From: Dehalococcoidia bacterium
GTDB taxonomy: Bacteria > Chloroflexota > Dehalococcoidia > Lucifugimonadales > UBA3495
Length of the DNA stretch: 64,000 bases
NCBI GenBank assembly: GCA_022451945.1
Contig: JAKUNK010000011.1
Coordinates: 21,255-85,254 of the forward strand
Reading direction: 5' to 3'
Shown here: positions 9,275 to 18,391 of the stretch, piece by piece
Layout: each line of letters opens with the position of its first letter
Position numbering within the stretch: the stretch's first letter is position 1
Position numbers and translations under genes: made by a program
Notes under the pieces: model-generated
Database searches by the model: none
What the model saw: only the letters and a program-made list of their open reading frames with translations
Told to the model about the DNA's origin: nothing

Positions 9275-10198
9275 ATGAAGAGATTTGAATATCTTGAAGC
9301 CCGTACCGTGCGGCAGGCCGTGTCCATGCTGCAGCGATATGGCGACAAAGCTCGCATCGTGGCCGGCAGCACCGATTTCTTGGTGCGATGGCGTCAAGGC
9401 GTTTGGAATCCTGAGTATGTGATAAACATCCAGCGGGTCGCCGGACTCGGCCGGATAACGTACAGCGCCAGGAACGGTCTCCGAATCGGGGCGTTGGTGA
9501 CAGTCAGGACACTGGAACAACACCCAGCCGTCCGCAGGCGTTACCCGGCCCTGGCGGCTGCTGCGGCTTCCTTCGCGGGCGTACAAGTACGTAACCTGGC
9601 TACTGCAGGTGGAAATATCTGTAACGCCTCGCCATCCGGAGACATCATCCCTCCGCTGCTCGTTTTTGGCGCCGAGTGCCGAATCGCAGGCCCTGACGGC
9701 GACCGTTGGGTTGCCCTGGACCAGTTCTTCAAGGGCCCCGGCAAAACCGTTTTGGAAACTGGCGATCTGTTGGCGGAGATCAGGGTTCCGCCGCCGCCAC
9801 GTAACACCGGTTCCCATTACATCAAGCACAGCCCCCGGGGCGCGATGGATATCGCCACTGTCGGTGTAGCTTCACTGGTTACCCTGGAGGGACGCCGGGG
9901 TCCTGCTTCCGAGGCCCGAATCGCGCTCGGCGCGGTGGCCCCGACACCTGTGAGGGCTTATTCGGCCGAGGAGATTTTACGAGGGAAAGACATCAGCCAT
10001 GAATTGATGCGTGCGGCTGCCGACATTGCCCGAGACGGGGTTAAACCTATCGACGACATACGTGGCTCGGCGGCCCATCGCAAAGATATGGTTGGCGTGC
10101 TCACCCGCCGGACCTTGGAACAGGCCTTAAGTGCTGCAGCCGGAGGTCCGTTGAACTTTGAAGAACAACGGAGGCTAACGATCCAAGCTGCTTTTTAA
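9275..10198 (+). CDS. xanthine dehydrogenase-family FAD-binding subunit (CoxM/CutM-like)
   Basis: Start MKRFEYLEARTVRQAVSML...AGSTDFLV, plus ATAGGNICNASPSGD. It is the first gene of an M-S-L operon. Confidence 0.85.
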   Translation: MKRFEYLEARTVRQAVSMLQRYGDKARIVAGSTDFLVRWRQGVWNPEYVINIQRVAGLGRITYSARNGLRIGALVTVRTLEQHPAVRRRYPALAAAAASFAGVQVRNLATAGGNICNASPSGDIIPPLLVFGAECRIAGPDGDRWVALDQFFKGPGKTVLETGDLLAEIRVPPPPRNTGSHYIKHSPRGAMDIATVGVASLVTLEGRRGPASEARIALGAVAPTPVRAYSAEEILRGKDISHELMRAAADIARDGVKPIDDIRGSAAHRKDMVGVLTRRTLEQALSAAAGGPLNFEEQRRLTIQAAF

Positions 10199-10221
10199 GC
10201 TGCTCGGTACTGAGAGTAACC

Positions 10222-10701
10222 ATGAAGAAACAACTGCAAATTACTGTTAACGGCGAGCTCAGGCAGGCTCTGGTCGAGCCGTTCTATTCGTTGTTAGACA
10301 CGTTGCGGGATGAGATGCATATGACCGGTACCAAAAAGGGTTGCGATGAAGGCGACTGCGGCGCTTGCACAGTCCTTCTGAATGGGAAACCGGTCTGTTC
10401 ATGCCTAGTGTTGGCCCATTCTGCTCATGACGGCGAAGTCACCACGATTGAAGGATTGGCCGTTGGCCAGGATCTGCATCCCGTGCAGAAAGCCTTTGCC
10501 GAATACGGTGGTCTCCAGTGTGGGTACTGTACCCCTGGGATAATCCTCTCTGCCGTCGGTTTCTTGGAGAGCGGTGAAGAGCCAACGGAAGAGAATATCA
10601 AACACGCCTTGGGTGGCAACCTCTGCCGCTGCACCGGGTACTCCAAGGTTATCGAGTCTGTCATGGTGGCCGTGAAAGCCACCGAAAAAGCGACGGGGTA
10701 A
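10222..10701 (+). CDS. (2Fe-2S)-binding small subunit (CoxS-like)
   Basis: Cysteine motifs GCDEGDCGACTV, CGYCTPG and NLCRCTGY. Confidence 0.9.
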   Translation: MKKQLQITVNGELRQALVEPFYSLLDTLRDEMHMTGTKKGCDEGDCGACTVLLNGKPVCSCLVLAHSAHDGEVTTIEGLAVGQDLHPVQKAFAEYGGLQCGYCTPGIILSAVGFLESGEEPTEENIKHALGGNLCRCTGYSKVIESVMVAVKATEKATG

Positions 10702-10706
10702 ATATC

Positions 10707-12992
10707 ATGGCTGACTTTCAAACCATAGGCCAAAATCATATCCGGGTAGACGCCCTGGATAAAGTCACTGGCAAGGCGATCTACGCTGGTGACGTGTACC
10801 TGCCTGGCATGCTCATGTGCAAGCTGGTGGTCAGCACGCACAGCCATGCCCGCATCGTCAGCATCGACACGTCAGCAGCAGAAGAACTTCCCGGCGTCCG
10901 TGCCGTCATTACCGGCAAAGACTACCCCGATGCCCGTTTCGGTTCCGGCGCCCTTAAAGACCGCCGTGTCATGGCAGTGGACGAGGTCTTCTATATCGGT
11001 GAGCCCATAGCTGCAGTTGCTGCCGATGACGAGATAACGGCCCTGGAAGCCGTGGAACTGATCAAGGTCCAGTACCAAGACATCGACAAGGTTGTGGACC
11101 CCCTCGAAGCCATCTCAACCCGCTCTTCCGACGTCCATCCAGACCTGGAGGACTTTGAGGGGTATGGCTTCGCTCTGGGTGGTAACAACTGCACCATGCT
11201 GGACGCCGACCGAGGTGACGTTGACCAGGGCTTCAAAGACTCTGACATCATTGTTGAAGAGACATACCACACCCAGCCCATCAGCCAGGGCTTCTTAGAG
11301 CCAATGGCCTGCGTGGCTGATGTGGAAGCAAATGGCCGCCTGGATATCTACGCTTCCACCCAAGGACCGTATCAAGTTCGGTCGCAGCTCGCCTCGGTGC
11401 TGGATATGGCCATCGGTAACATCAAGGTTACAGCCATGGAGATGGGCGGCGGCTTTGGGGCCAAGCTACGTCTGGCCTTTGAAGCTTTCCCGGCACTGCT
11501 GGCCATGAAGACTGGAAGGCCGGTTAAATTAGTCAACACACGAGAAGAGGCCTTCACACTTAATGGCCCTCGGCTTGAGACCAATATCTACCTTAAGACG
11601 GGTGTCACCAAAGATGGCAAGATAATGGCCCGGGAAGCCCGAAGCATCTTCGACGTTGGCGCCTATTTGGGCGCCGGTCCAAATGCCGGAGTAGGCCACG
11701 GGTTGGGAGCCTACAAGATACCCAACTTCAAGTTGCGTTCCTACGGCGTTTACACCAACAAGATATACGTCGGGTCTTACCGGGCCTCTGGCGTTGCTGA
11801 TATGACTTTCGCAACCGAGTCCCATACCGACGTGATCGCCCATAAATTGGGAATGGACCCGTTCGAGTTCAGGTTGAAGAACGCTTTGAGTGAAGGCGAC
11901 ACTGCAGTTAACGGCTCCACTATTCCCGAAAACGGTCTGATGGAGACCATGGCAGCCCTTAAAGAAAGGATGGGTTTGCCCAAGAAGTTGACTTCGACCC
12001 CCAAGGAAGCCCGGGGCATCGGTATATCCGTGGGCGAGTGGCGCAGTGGCAGCGGTCCGTCCACGGCATCGATCAGCGTCAATGAAGACGGAACGGTGAG
12101 CCTGCTCACTGGTTCTGTAGATATCTCGGGCAGCGACACTTCCCTGGCCCAGATAGCCGCCGAAGCGTTGGGCCTGCGCCTGGACCAGGTCGTGGTTGCG
12201 AAACGGAACACCGACATGGCTCCCTTCACCGGCCCTAGCGGCGGTAGCCGAATCGTCTACAGCCAGGGCCGGGCGGTGCAGAACGCAGCCGAGGACGCTA
12301 AGTCCAAGCTGCTGGACCTGGCCGCAGACCGGTTGGGTGTCCCTGTAGAAGCGCTGGAGTGCTCCGGCGGTTCGGTCTACGTGCAAGACAACCCTCCCCA
12401 GTCAATGGACTTGGGTCAGTTGGGCCGGATGAGCTTAAGCTCGCGGGGCGGTCCTATAATCGGAACGTCGTCCCTCTCTAGTCTCCCCTACGCGCCGGTG
12501 TTCAATGCTCAGGGCGCAGAGGTCATAGTGGACAAGGAGACGGGTCAAGTACGGGTCACCCGGTTCGTTCAGGCCCAAGACATCGGCAGGGCCATCAACC
12601 CCATGGGAGTGGAAGGACAGCTAGAGGGCGGTGCAGTGCAGGGTATCGGCCGTGCCCTAAGCGAAGAGATACTCATCCACAAAGAGACCGGGGAGGTTAG
12701 GAACCCGTCATTGGCGACGTACCTGATGCCATTGTCTGTGGACATGCCTGAGATTGAGAATATCTTGATAGAGATCCCTAGCGCTGACGGACCCTTCGGA
12801 GCTCGTGCTGTTGCGGAGTCACCCGGGTTCGGCCCGCCTGCCGCTATCGCCAATGCCATCTACGACGCCGTAGGAGTGAGGGTTAAGACACTCCCCTTGT
12901 CGGCTGAAAGAGTCCTGGCAGCCATCCAAGGTAACGACGACGACGAGTACACAGTAGATGCTGACGAACTGCGTGCCGCAGAGGAGCCATAG
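10707..12992 (+). CDS. xanthine dehydrogenase-family molybdopterin-binding large subunit
   Basis: 761 aa with aldehyde oxidase/XDH a/b-hammerhead and MoCo domains. The active-site loop reads GSYRASGV (about 11778-11792). That is neither AYRCSFR (form I CODH) nor AYRGAGR (form II). Confidence 0.9.
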   Translation: MADFQTIGQNHIRVDALDKVTGKAIYAGDVYLPGMLMCKLVVSTHSHARIVSIDTSAAEELPGVRAVITGKDYPDARFGSGALKDRRVMAVDEVFYIGEPIAAVAADDEITALEAVELIKVQYQDIDKVVDPLEAISTRSSDVHPDLEDFEGYGFALGGNNCTMLDADRGDVDQGFKDSDIIVEETYHTQPISQGFLEPMACVADVEANGRLDIYASTQGPYQVRSQLASVLDMAIGNIKVTAMEMGGGFGAKLRLAFEAFPALLAMKTGRPVKLVNTREEAFTLNGPRLETNIYLKTGVTKDGKIMAREARSIFDVGAYLGAGPNAGVGHGLGAYKIPNFKLRSYGVYTNKIYVGSYRASGVADMTFATESHTDVIAHKLGMDPFEFRLKNALSEGDTAVNGSTIPENGLMETMAALKERMGLPKKLTSTPKEARGIGISVGEWRSGSGPSTASISVNEDGTVSLLTGSVDISGSDTSLAQIAAEALGLRLDQVVVAKRNTDMAPFTGPSGGSRIVYSQGRAVQNAAEDAKSKLLDLAADRLGVPVEALECSGGSVYVQDNPPQSMDLGQLGRMSLSSRGGPIIGTSSLSSLPYAPVFNAQGAEVIVDKETGQVRVTRFVQAQDIGRAINPMGVEGQLEGGAVQGIGRALSEEILIHKETGEVRNPSLATYLMPLSVDMPEIENILIEIPSADGPFGARAVAESPGFGPPAAIANAIYDAVGVRVKTLPLSAERVLAAIQGNDDDEYTVDADELRAAEEP

Positions 12993-13101
12993 GGCTTATA
13001 CATTGGTGCCTTAGCGGCCGATTTGATTATGCGAGTGCTAAATCTGAGGGGTTAGTCTGGAACCGCTCCACTACATATCCAATGATCGGAGGACCTTTAC
13101 A

Positions 13102-14682
13102 ATGGCCAATATAATTTCCGCAAAAGACCTGAACGAACTACTCCAAGGCAAGTCGAAGTTTGCTCTGATCGACGTCCGGGAAGCCGGCGAGTACAACAGC
13201 TCCCATATCCCAGACTCGAGCCTGATTTCCCGGAAGGAATTAGAGTTCCGCATGGATGTGTCAGCCCCGGTGAAGGGAGAGAAGATAATCGTCTGTGATG
13301 ACGATGGTCGCCGGGCGACATTGGCTGCTGCCACCTTGGAAAGCATGGGCTTCACAAATGTCTTAGTGCTGGACCGCGGCGTTAACCAGTGGACCACGGA
13401 AGGGTTCCCTACCGAATGGGGCAGCAATGTCATCAGCAAGGACTTCGGGGAGCGCATGGAGGTTGAGTACCACGTTCCAGAGATCGAGGCCACCGAATTG
13501 CACGAACGTATCGAGCGCGGTGACAAACTGGTGATTCTCGACACCCGCACCCCGGAGGAATACCAGCGTTTCTGTATCCCAGGTGGCCGCAGTGTTCCGG
13601 GAGGAGAACTGGCCCTGCGCGTCACTGATATCACCAAGGACCTAGACCCTGATACCACGGTGATCGTTAACTGCGCCGGTCGGACCCGCAGCGTCATTGG
13701 TACTCGTGTGCTACAACGCATGGGTATGACCAATATCTTCGGCCTGAAGAACGGTACATCTGGCTGGCTCTTGGCTGGGTATGACCTAGAGACCGGAGGG
13801 GACCGATTGGACCTGCCTCAGCCTTCTCCCGAGGGGCTGGCTGTTGCAGAAACCTACGCGGCTCGTTTAGCCGAGGAAGACGGTGTCCGTTATCTAGATG
13901 TAGACACCGTACAGAAGATGCTGGACGAGAGAGATAAGAAGACCTGTTATTTTGTGGACGTTCGCACCACCGAAGAATACGCAATAGGTCACATACCTGG
14001 CTTCCGCTGGTTCCCTGGAGGCCAGGTGGTACAGCGGTCAGACGATGTATTGGTGGTCAAGAATTGTCCGGTGGTCTTTTCCTGCGATGGGCATGCCCGC
14101 GCTACATTCATCGCCTCCTGGTACCGCCAGTTCGGCTTCGAGGAAGTCTATGCGGTTGATGGCGGATCTACAGCTTGGTCCGACAGTGGTCGTGCATTGG
14201 AGACGGGATTCGGAGAGCAGGCTCCAAGTGGCCTGGAAGAAGCCCGCTCTCGGGTCACTCTGGTCTCGCCACAGGAGTTGGAGGCGGATAAACCGACAAC
14301 AGTCATAAATGTCGAGAACAGCCAGGACTTTACCAGAGGCCACGTTCCCGGCGCTCGTTGGGTTCCCCGTGGCTCTCTGGAACTTCAGATCGCTGAGTTC
14401 GCTCCCGATAAATCAGCTTCCATAGTGGTCACGTGTAACAACGGACAGAACTCGGTGCTGGCAGCAGTCACCCTCGAAGAGATCGGTTACCAGAACGTTA
14501 ACGCTTTAGAAGGCGGAATGGCTGCTTGGCGGCAGGCTGGGTTAGGAGTAGAGGAAGGTTTGTCCGGGGTGATGCGGGCCCCTACTGATGTGGTGCTGTC
14601 TGGCCCGGAACGGAACTTCGCTGACATGATGAACTATCTCCGCTGGGAGACAGCGCTTGGGGAGAAATACGCGACTGACTAA
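13102..14682 (+). CDS. sulfurtransferase with four tandem rhodanese-homology domains
   Basis: Four repeats, each with a Cys loop: CDDDGRR, CAGRTRS (canonical), CDGHARA and CNNGQNS. GGAGGA SD upstream. Confidence 0.8.
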   Translation: MANIISAKDLNELLQGKSKFALIDVREAGEYNSSHIPDSSLISRKELEFRMDVSAPVKGEKIIVCDDDGRRATLAAATLESMGFTNVLVLDRGVNQWTTEGFPTEWGSNVISKDFGERMEVEYHVPEIEATELHERIERGDKLVILDTRTPEEYQRFCIPGGRSVPGGELALRVTDITKDLDPDTTVIVNCAGRTRSVIGTRVLQRMGMTNIFGLKNGTSGWLLAGYDLETGGDRLDLPQPSPEGLAVAETYAARLAEEDGVRYLDVDTVQKMLDERDKKTCYFVDVRTTEEYAIGHIPGFRWFPGGQVVQRSDDVLVVKNCPVVFSCDGHARATFIASWYRQFGFEEVYAVDGGSTAWSDSGRALETGFGEQAPSGLEEARSRVTLVSPQELEADKPTTVINVENSQDFTRGHVPGARWVPRGSLELQIAEFAPDKSASIVVTCNNGQNSVLAAVTLEEIGYQNVNALEGGMAAWRQAGLGVEEGLSGVMRAPTDVVLSGPERNFADMMNYLRWETALGEKYATD

Positions 14683-14736
14683 AGGGTGTTGTTAGCACCT
14701 GACTGCGCGCCGATTTGGGTTCTGTCTGCCGTCGAG

Positions 14737-15459
14737 TTACGGTTCTACTTGAGGGCTTTTGAATGATATGGGCGAAGGCTGGAAGACCCAGACCTCGGTC
14801 TTGGATGGCAGAGTCTTGGGCGAAAACTCTGCGTTAGAGCCATTCAGACGCTTAACGTTAGCTTGGGTGGCGAGCCAACCTTCCGGCGGTTTTAACCCTG
14901 TGTCATCGGCCATGAGTCCTGGAATCTGATAGTGCATGGGGATCACTACTCGGGGTTCCAAACGGGTGATTAGAGAGTCCACCTCATCGTAGTTCAGGAG
15001 ATGGTTGGAGTCATCCACGGTCACCAGTAGCACATCAACCTTGCCGATCGCGTGGGCCACGTCTGTTGGCCAGTCAGCCCGATTGTCTCCTAGGTGTAAG
15101 AAGCTTACGCCGCCGGTCTCTAAGCGGAACATCACGTTGGGGAAGTCCCGGAGGCGTGAAGCCCCGGAGTGCAGGTCCAGCACTCCACGGACGTTCATGT
15201 CCCGGTTGGAGAAGTCCCCTGGCATCCTAATTAGAGATGCGCCCTCTGGCAGCCGCTCGGCGGCGTCGTGGTCGAAATGGGCGTGGGTAATCAAACCCAG
15301 GTCACATTCCACGTCCGGGAAAAGCCTTTGAAACCAATAGCGCCCAGCTACGTTGCGGTAAGGGTCGGTCAGCACCCTTAAACCGGCCTCTGTGCGCCAC
15401 TGAAAGGCGCAGTGGCCGTAATAGGTAAGAGTTAAAGGTCCGGCAGCGCCAGTAGTCAT
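14737..15459 (-). CDS. MBL-fold metallo-hydrolase
   Basis: HxHxDH motif ITHAHFDHD and a downstream HLGDN; 240 aa. Confidence 0.75.
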   Translation of the reverse strand: MTTGAAGPLTLTYYGHCAFQWRTEAGLRVLTDPYRNVAGRYWFQRLFPDVECDLGLITHAHFDHDAAERLPEGASLIRMPGDFSNRDMNVRGVLDLHSGASRLRDFPNVMFRLETGGVSFLHLGDNRADWPTDVAHAIGKVDVLLVTVDDSNHLLNYDEVDSLITRLEPRVVIPMHYQIPGLMADDTGLKPPEGWLATQANVKRLNGSNAEFSPKTLPSKTEVWVFQPSPISFKSPQVEP

Positions 15460-15895
15460 AAATCGTTCTGAAAATACAGGATTGCCGAGTCATTGCCATT
15501 CTAGCGGAGGTAGATCCTCGCCACCAGCGCCATACTTGGCGGAGTAACAATCATCGCGTTAATCCCTTGCTAACATCAGGTCTACCAGGGCCGTTGGTAT
15601 GACCGTTAAATCTGGCCTTTAGCTCAGTAAACCCTAGTCAGAGGCCGAAGTGGATCCATAATTCATACATAGATTGTTTAGGTACCTTTGGCCGGACTCC
15701 AAGCACACGGTTGCATGCTTCTCGTCTGTGATCTTCCCTTATTAATGTCGGCAGTTGGTTGGTAAACTAGTGTCTACAACAATACAATCGCGTCAGATAG
15801 GCAGGGAATGTCCAAAAGCAAGGTAGATGGTGCCGAGGGACAGACTCCACCAGGCATTCCGTTTGTGCTCCTTAAGGTTCTTACCTAAATACAAA

Positions 15896-15933
15896 GATAA
15901 AGAGGGCTCTCCGATAGGAGAGCCCTCTTTATC
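15896..15933 (-). terminator. Rho-independent terminator of the cupin array
   Basis: 17-bp perfect stem GATAAAGAGGGCTCTCC / GGAGAGCCCTCTTTATC with a GATA loop. On the minus strand it is followed by TTTGTATTT. Confidence 0.7.
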
Positions 15934-15951
15934 TATTACCTCGATTAGTTA

Positions 15952-16296
15952 TTAACTGGGTTCGGCCAACGGGACAGCGAGAGACGCGCGCGGGGTGTCG
16001 CCCAGACTGCGCGCGATGTGTCCGTGACCTTCTAAGTCCTCAGCTACCAGGATATCTCCTGGTTCCATCTGACATTTGGACCCGTCGGCACATTCGAACT
16101 CGGCTGTACCGGATAGGTTGACCACATACTGCCGCCGGGGGGCGTTGTGATAATCGGAAAAGGACGGCGAGGTGCGCAGTCCCAGGGTGATGTCGCCAGC
16201 GCCAACCCGATTGACGATTTCGGCCATCTCTTCAGGTGAGACATCCTCGAAATGGGACTCGCCATCATCGCCGGAGAATACTCGTACGATCTTCAT
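15952..16296 (-). CDS. small cupin-like protein, paralog 1 (subtype A)
   Basis: 114 aa with shared motifs DYHNAPRRQYV and PGDILVAEDLEGHGH. It has its own GAGGAG SD. Confidence 0.7.
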   Translation of the reverse strand: MKIVRVFSGDDGESHFEDVSPEEMAEIVNRVGAGDITLGLRTSPSFSDYHNAPRRQYVVNLSGTAEFECADGSKCQMEPGDILVAEDLEGHGHIARSLGDTPRASLAVPLAEPS

Positions 16297-16320
16297 GGAT
16301 AACTCCTCGTGATTCTGTTT

Positions 16321-16662
16321 TTACGCTTCAGCCAAGGGTATGGCCAGGATATAGCGCTCGCCTTCGCCTAACCCGCGGGCGATGTGCCCGTGGCCGGTAA
16401 GGTCTTCTGCGACGAGAACATCGCCGGGGACTAGTTGCTGTTTTGAACCATCTGCGCATTCATATTCAGCGGTGCCCAGCAGGTGGAGTACATATTGGCG
16501 GCGGGGCGCGGTGTGGTAGTCAGAGAATGACGGAGCTGGGCGGGCGTTCAGCTGGATATCACCTTCGCCTAGTCGCTTGGCGATCTCTACCATCTCTTCG
16601 GAAGATACATCCTCGAAATGAGACTCACCGTCGTCTCCAGAATAAACTCTAACTATCTTCAT
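16321..16662 (-). CDS. small cupin-like protein, paralog 2 (subtype A)
   Basis: 113 aa, roughly 70% identical to paralog 1 by eye. Motifs DYHTAPRRQYV and PGDVLVAEDLTGHGH. AAGGAAGGA SD. Confidence 0.7.
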   Translation of the reverse strand: MKIVRVYSGDDGESHFEDVSSEEMVEIAKRLGEGDIQLNARPAPSFSDYHTAPRRQYVLHLLGTAEYECADGSKQQLVPGDVLVAEDLTGHGHIARGLGEGERYILAIPLAEA

Positions 16663-16712
16663 ATTCCTTCCTTAGTATCTGGTTGAAACCAAATCTCGCG
16701 AAACGATCGTGC

Positions 16713-17054
16713 TTACTGGTCTAACAATGGCACAGTACAGGTGATACCGGGGCCACCGCCGACAGTCTTGGTGGTATGGCCTTGGCCGGTGGTATCCTCC
16801 ACCAGTCGGGCATCGCCCGGTCCAAAGGTGTGGGTTGAGCCGTCACCCAGGCCTATCTCGATCCCACCGGAGATGCAGATCACATACTGGCGGCGGGGTG
16901 CTGGGTGCCAGTCAATGAACCGGCCTGCTTCGTGCTCGGTGAAGCTGATTTGGGTGGTCTTGACCGCTTCAGCCAATTCGGGGTGGGTCGCTAGACTGGT
17001 CTCCTCAATGTGGGTCTGGCCGTCGTCGCCTGTGTACATTCTATAGATGCCCAT
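16713..17054 (-). CDS. small cupin-like protein, paralog 3 (subtype B)
   Basis: 113 aa with motifs DWHPAPRRQYV and PGDARLVEDTTGQGH. GGAGGG SD. Confidence 0.7.
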   Translation of the reverse strand: MGIYRMYTGDDGQTHIEETSLATHPELAEAVKTTQISFTEHEAGRFIDWHPAPRRQYVICISGGIEIGLGDGSTHTFGPGDARLVEDTTGQGHTTKTVGGGPGITCTVPLLDQ

Positions 17055-17082
17055 GTGTGCCCTCCGTTAGATGATAATCTCT

Positions 17083-17418
17083 CTATGCCAGGGGTATTAC
17101 GGCAGTGATGATAGGTTCGTCCCCTGGGACCAAAGTCGTGTGGCCTTTGCCCGTCGTGTCTTCAACCAGGCGGGCGTCGCCCGGCATGAACCGGTGGGTC
17201 GACCCGTCTTCTAGTCCCACTTCTACTATGCCCGAAATGGAGATTATGTATTGCCGTCTGGGTGCTGGATGCCAGTCGATGAAGTGACCTGGCTCCCACT
17301 GCCGAAAGAAGATGTGCTGGGTCGCGGTGGCCGTAGTCAACTCCGGATGGGAATCCAGGTTTAGCTCGTCCACCTGACTCTTGCCGTCGCTGTTGGTGTA
17401 CAGCCTGAAAATGGCCAT
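17083..17418 (-). CDS. small cupin-like protein, paralog 4 (subtype B)
   Basis: 111 aa with motifs DWHPAPRRQYI and PGDARLVEDTTGKGH. GGAGA SD. Confidence 0.7.
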   Translation of the reverse strand: MAIFRLYTNSDGKSQVDELNLDSHPELTTATATQHIFFRQWEPGHFIDWHPAPRRQYIISISGIVEVGLEDGSTHRFMPGDARLVEDTTGKGHTTLVPGDEPIITAVIPLA

Positions 17419-17503
17419 AGTCGAATCTCCTGGTCCCTGCCGGGGCCTGCCTGTCGATCCTGGGTCGAACCCACTTTACTGCCTGGAACGTGATCAGGCA
17501 ACA

Positions 17504-18391
17504 TCAGTCTGCGGAAGAGCGGTCCAGTGAAGATAGAAATACAGGAGCGTATAGCCAGCCTTCTAACTGGGCCGTTCGGAGTTCATTCTCGTTTGGGTTG
17601 GGAGTACCGCCGCGGCGAGAGACATCACCGGGTCCGTCTTGGGGGAGTCTGAACATAGTTGGGTCTTTGTTCCAAAGGCACGCAGCGACGGCGGCGGCAA
17701 CCGAGTCAAGGCAGTCGTCACTTTCCAGGCAATAATCGCGGAACCTGCTGAGGTTTGGAAGACCGACACCCGACATGGTTCCCAGCCCGTCCAGTATCTG
17801 CCTCCGCAGACTCAACGCGTTCTGCCCTTTCTTGTACCCCTTGAAGGGCAATCCTAAGGCCCTGAGAGCGGCTCCAGGCATAGATTCCAACAACAACGGG
17901 CCGGTGCGGGTTTCGTTTGGGAGAGGCGGCACCCGACAACCTGACCGCCACAGGCCGTCCAGCATCTGCATCCCGCGGAAAGTCATGGGCACCATATTGG
18001 GGTTGGCCTTGTGGAGACAGGAGTAGCACTCTGGGAAATAGAGGTCTCCACGCCGGTATGGTTCGCCGTGTTCAAGCACGAACCCATCGCGCAGCGCCAT
18101 AAAGTCTTGGAACTCCATGTTTGCGGTGGCATTCCAGAGTTCTGGCATGTCTTCTGCAGAGGGCAGCAAATAGCTGGCGAATTCTTTGGGTACGGAGAAG
18201 GGAAAATCCAATGCGGCGATCGTGTTCTTCGGCGCTGAGCCGAGCAGGATGGCCAATTCTGCCCGCGGCGTTGGTTCGCAGGAACTGATCTCGAGGGAGT
18301 TGCCGCTGAGCGTTCCCCGTGTCACCCAGGTATTCTTGTCGGATTTGGCGCCGCTGAAGTCGACGCCGAGGATGGTGGTTTCACAGGTCAC
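17504..18391 (-). CDS. hypothetical protein, DUF429-like (predicted RNase H-fold)
   Basis: GTG start preceded by AAGGA. ILGVDFSGA at the N-terminus, LLESMPGAALRALGLPFKGYKK in the middle and SDDCLDSVAAAVAA near the C-terminus recall the DUF429 pattern. This assignment is from memory only. Confidence 0.45.
   Translation of the reverse strand: MTCETTILGVDFSGAKSDKNTWVTRGTLSGNSLEISSCEPTPRAELAILLGSAPKNTIAALDFPFSVPKEFASYLLPSAEDMPELWNATANMEFQDFMALRDGFVLEHGEPYRRGDLYFPECYSCLHKANPNMVPMTFRGMQMLDGLWRSGCRVPPLPNETRTGPLLLESMPGAALRALGLPFKGYKKGQNALSLRRQILDGLGTMSGVGLPNLSRFRDYCLESDDCLDSVAAAVAACLWNKDPTMFRLPQDGPGDVSRRGGTPNPNENELRTAQLEGWLYAPVFLSSLDRSSAD

Noticed and set aside
9146-9829. 227-aa minus-strand ORF spanning the hyuA/coxM intergenic region and the 5' half of the FAD-subunit gene
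   Set aside because: It overlaps a well-supported plus-strand gene and the predicted promoter. It has no motif support.
11529-12386. 285-aa ORF on the minus strand inside the Mo-hydroxylase large-subunit gene
   Set aside because: It is antisense to a gene with strong family motifs. Its translation is Arg/Gly/Val-rich with no motif. This is a typical shadow ORF of a GC-biased coding region.
10707-12992. Calling the CoxL-like subunit an aerobic CO dehydrogenase
   Set aside because: The diagnostic active-site loop is GSYRASGV, not AYRCSFR (form I) or AYRGAGR (form II). Only the generic XDH-family call is justified.
13071-13733. 220-aa minus-strand ORF antisense to the rhodanese gene
   Set aside because: The plus frame shows four clear rhodanese repeats. 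The antisense frame is Ser/Arg/Pro-rich.
15614-15646. GGCCTTTAGCTCAGT... resembling the 5' end and D-arm of a tRNA, which might mark an integration site
   Set aside because: The similarity ends after the D-arm. No anticodon or T-arm can be folded, and no integrase or direct repeat partner is present.
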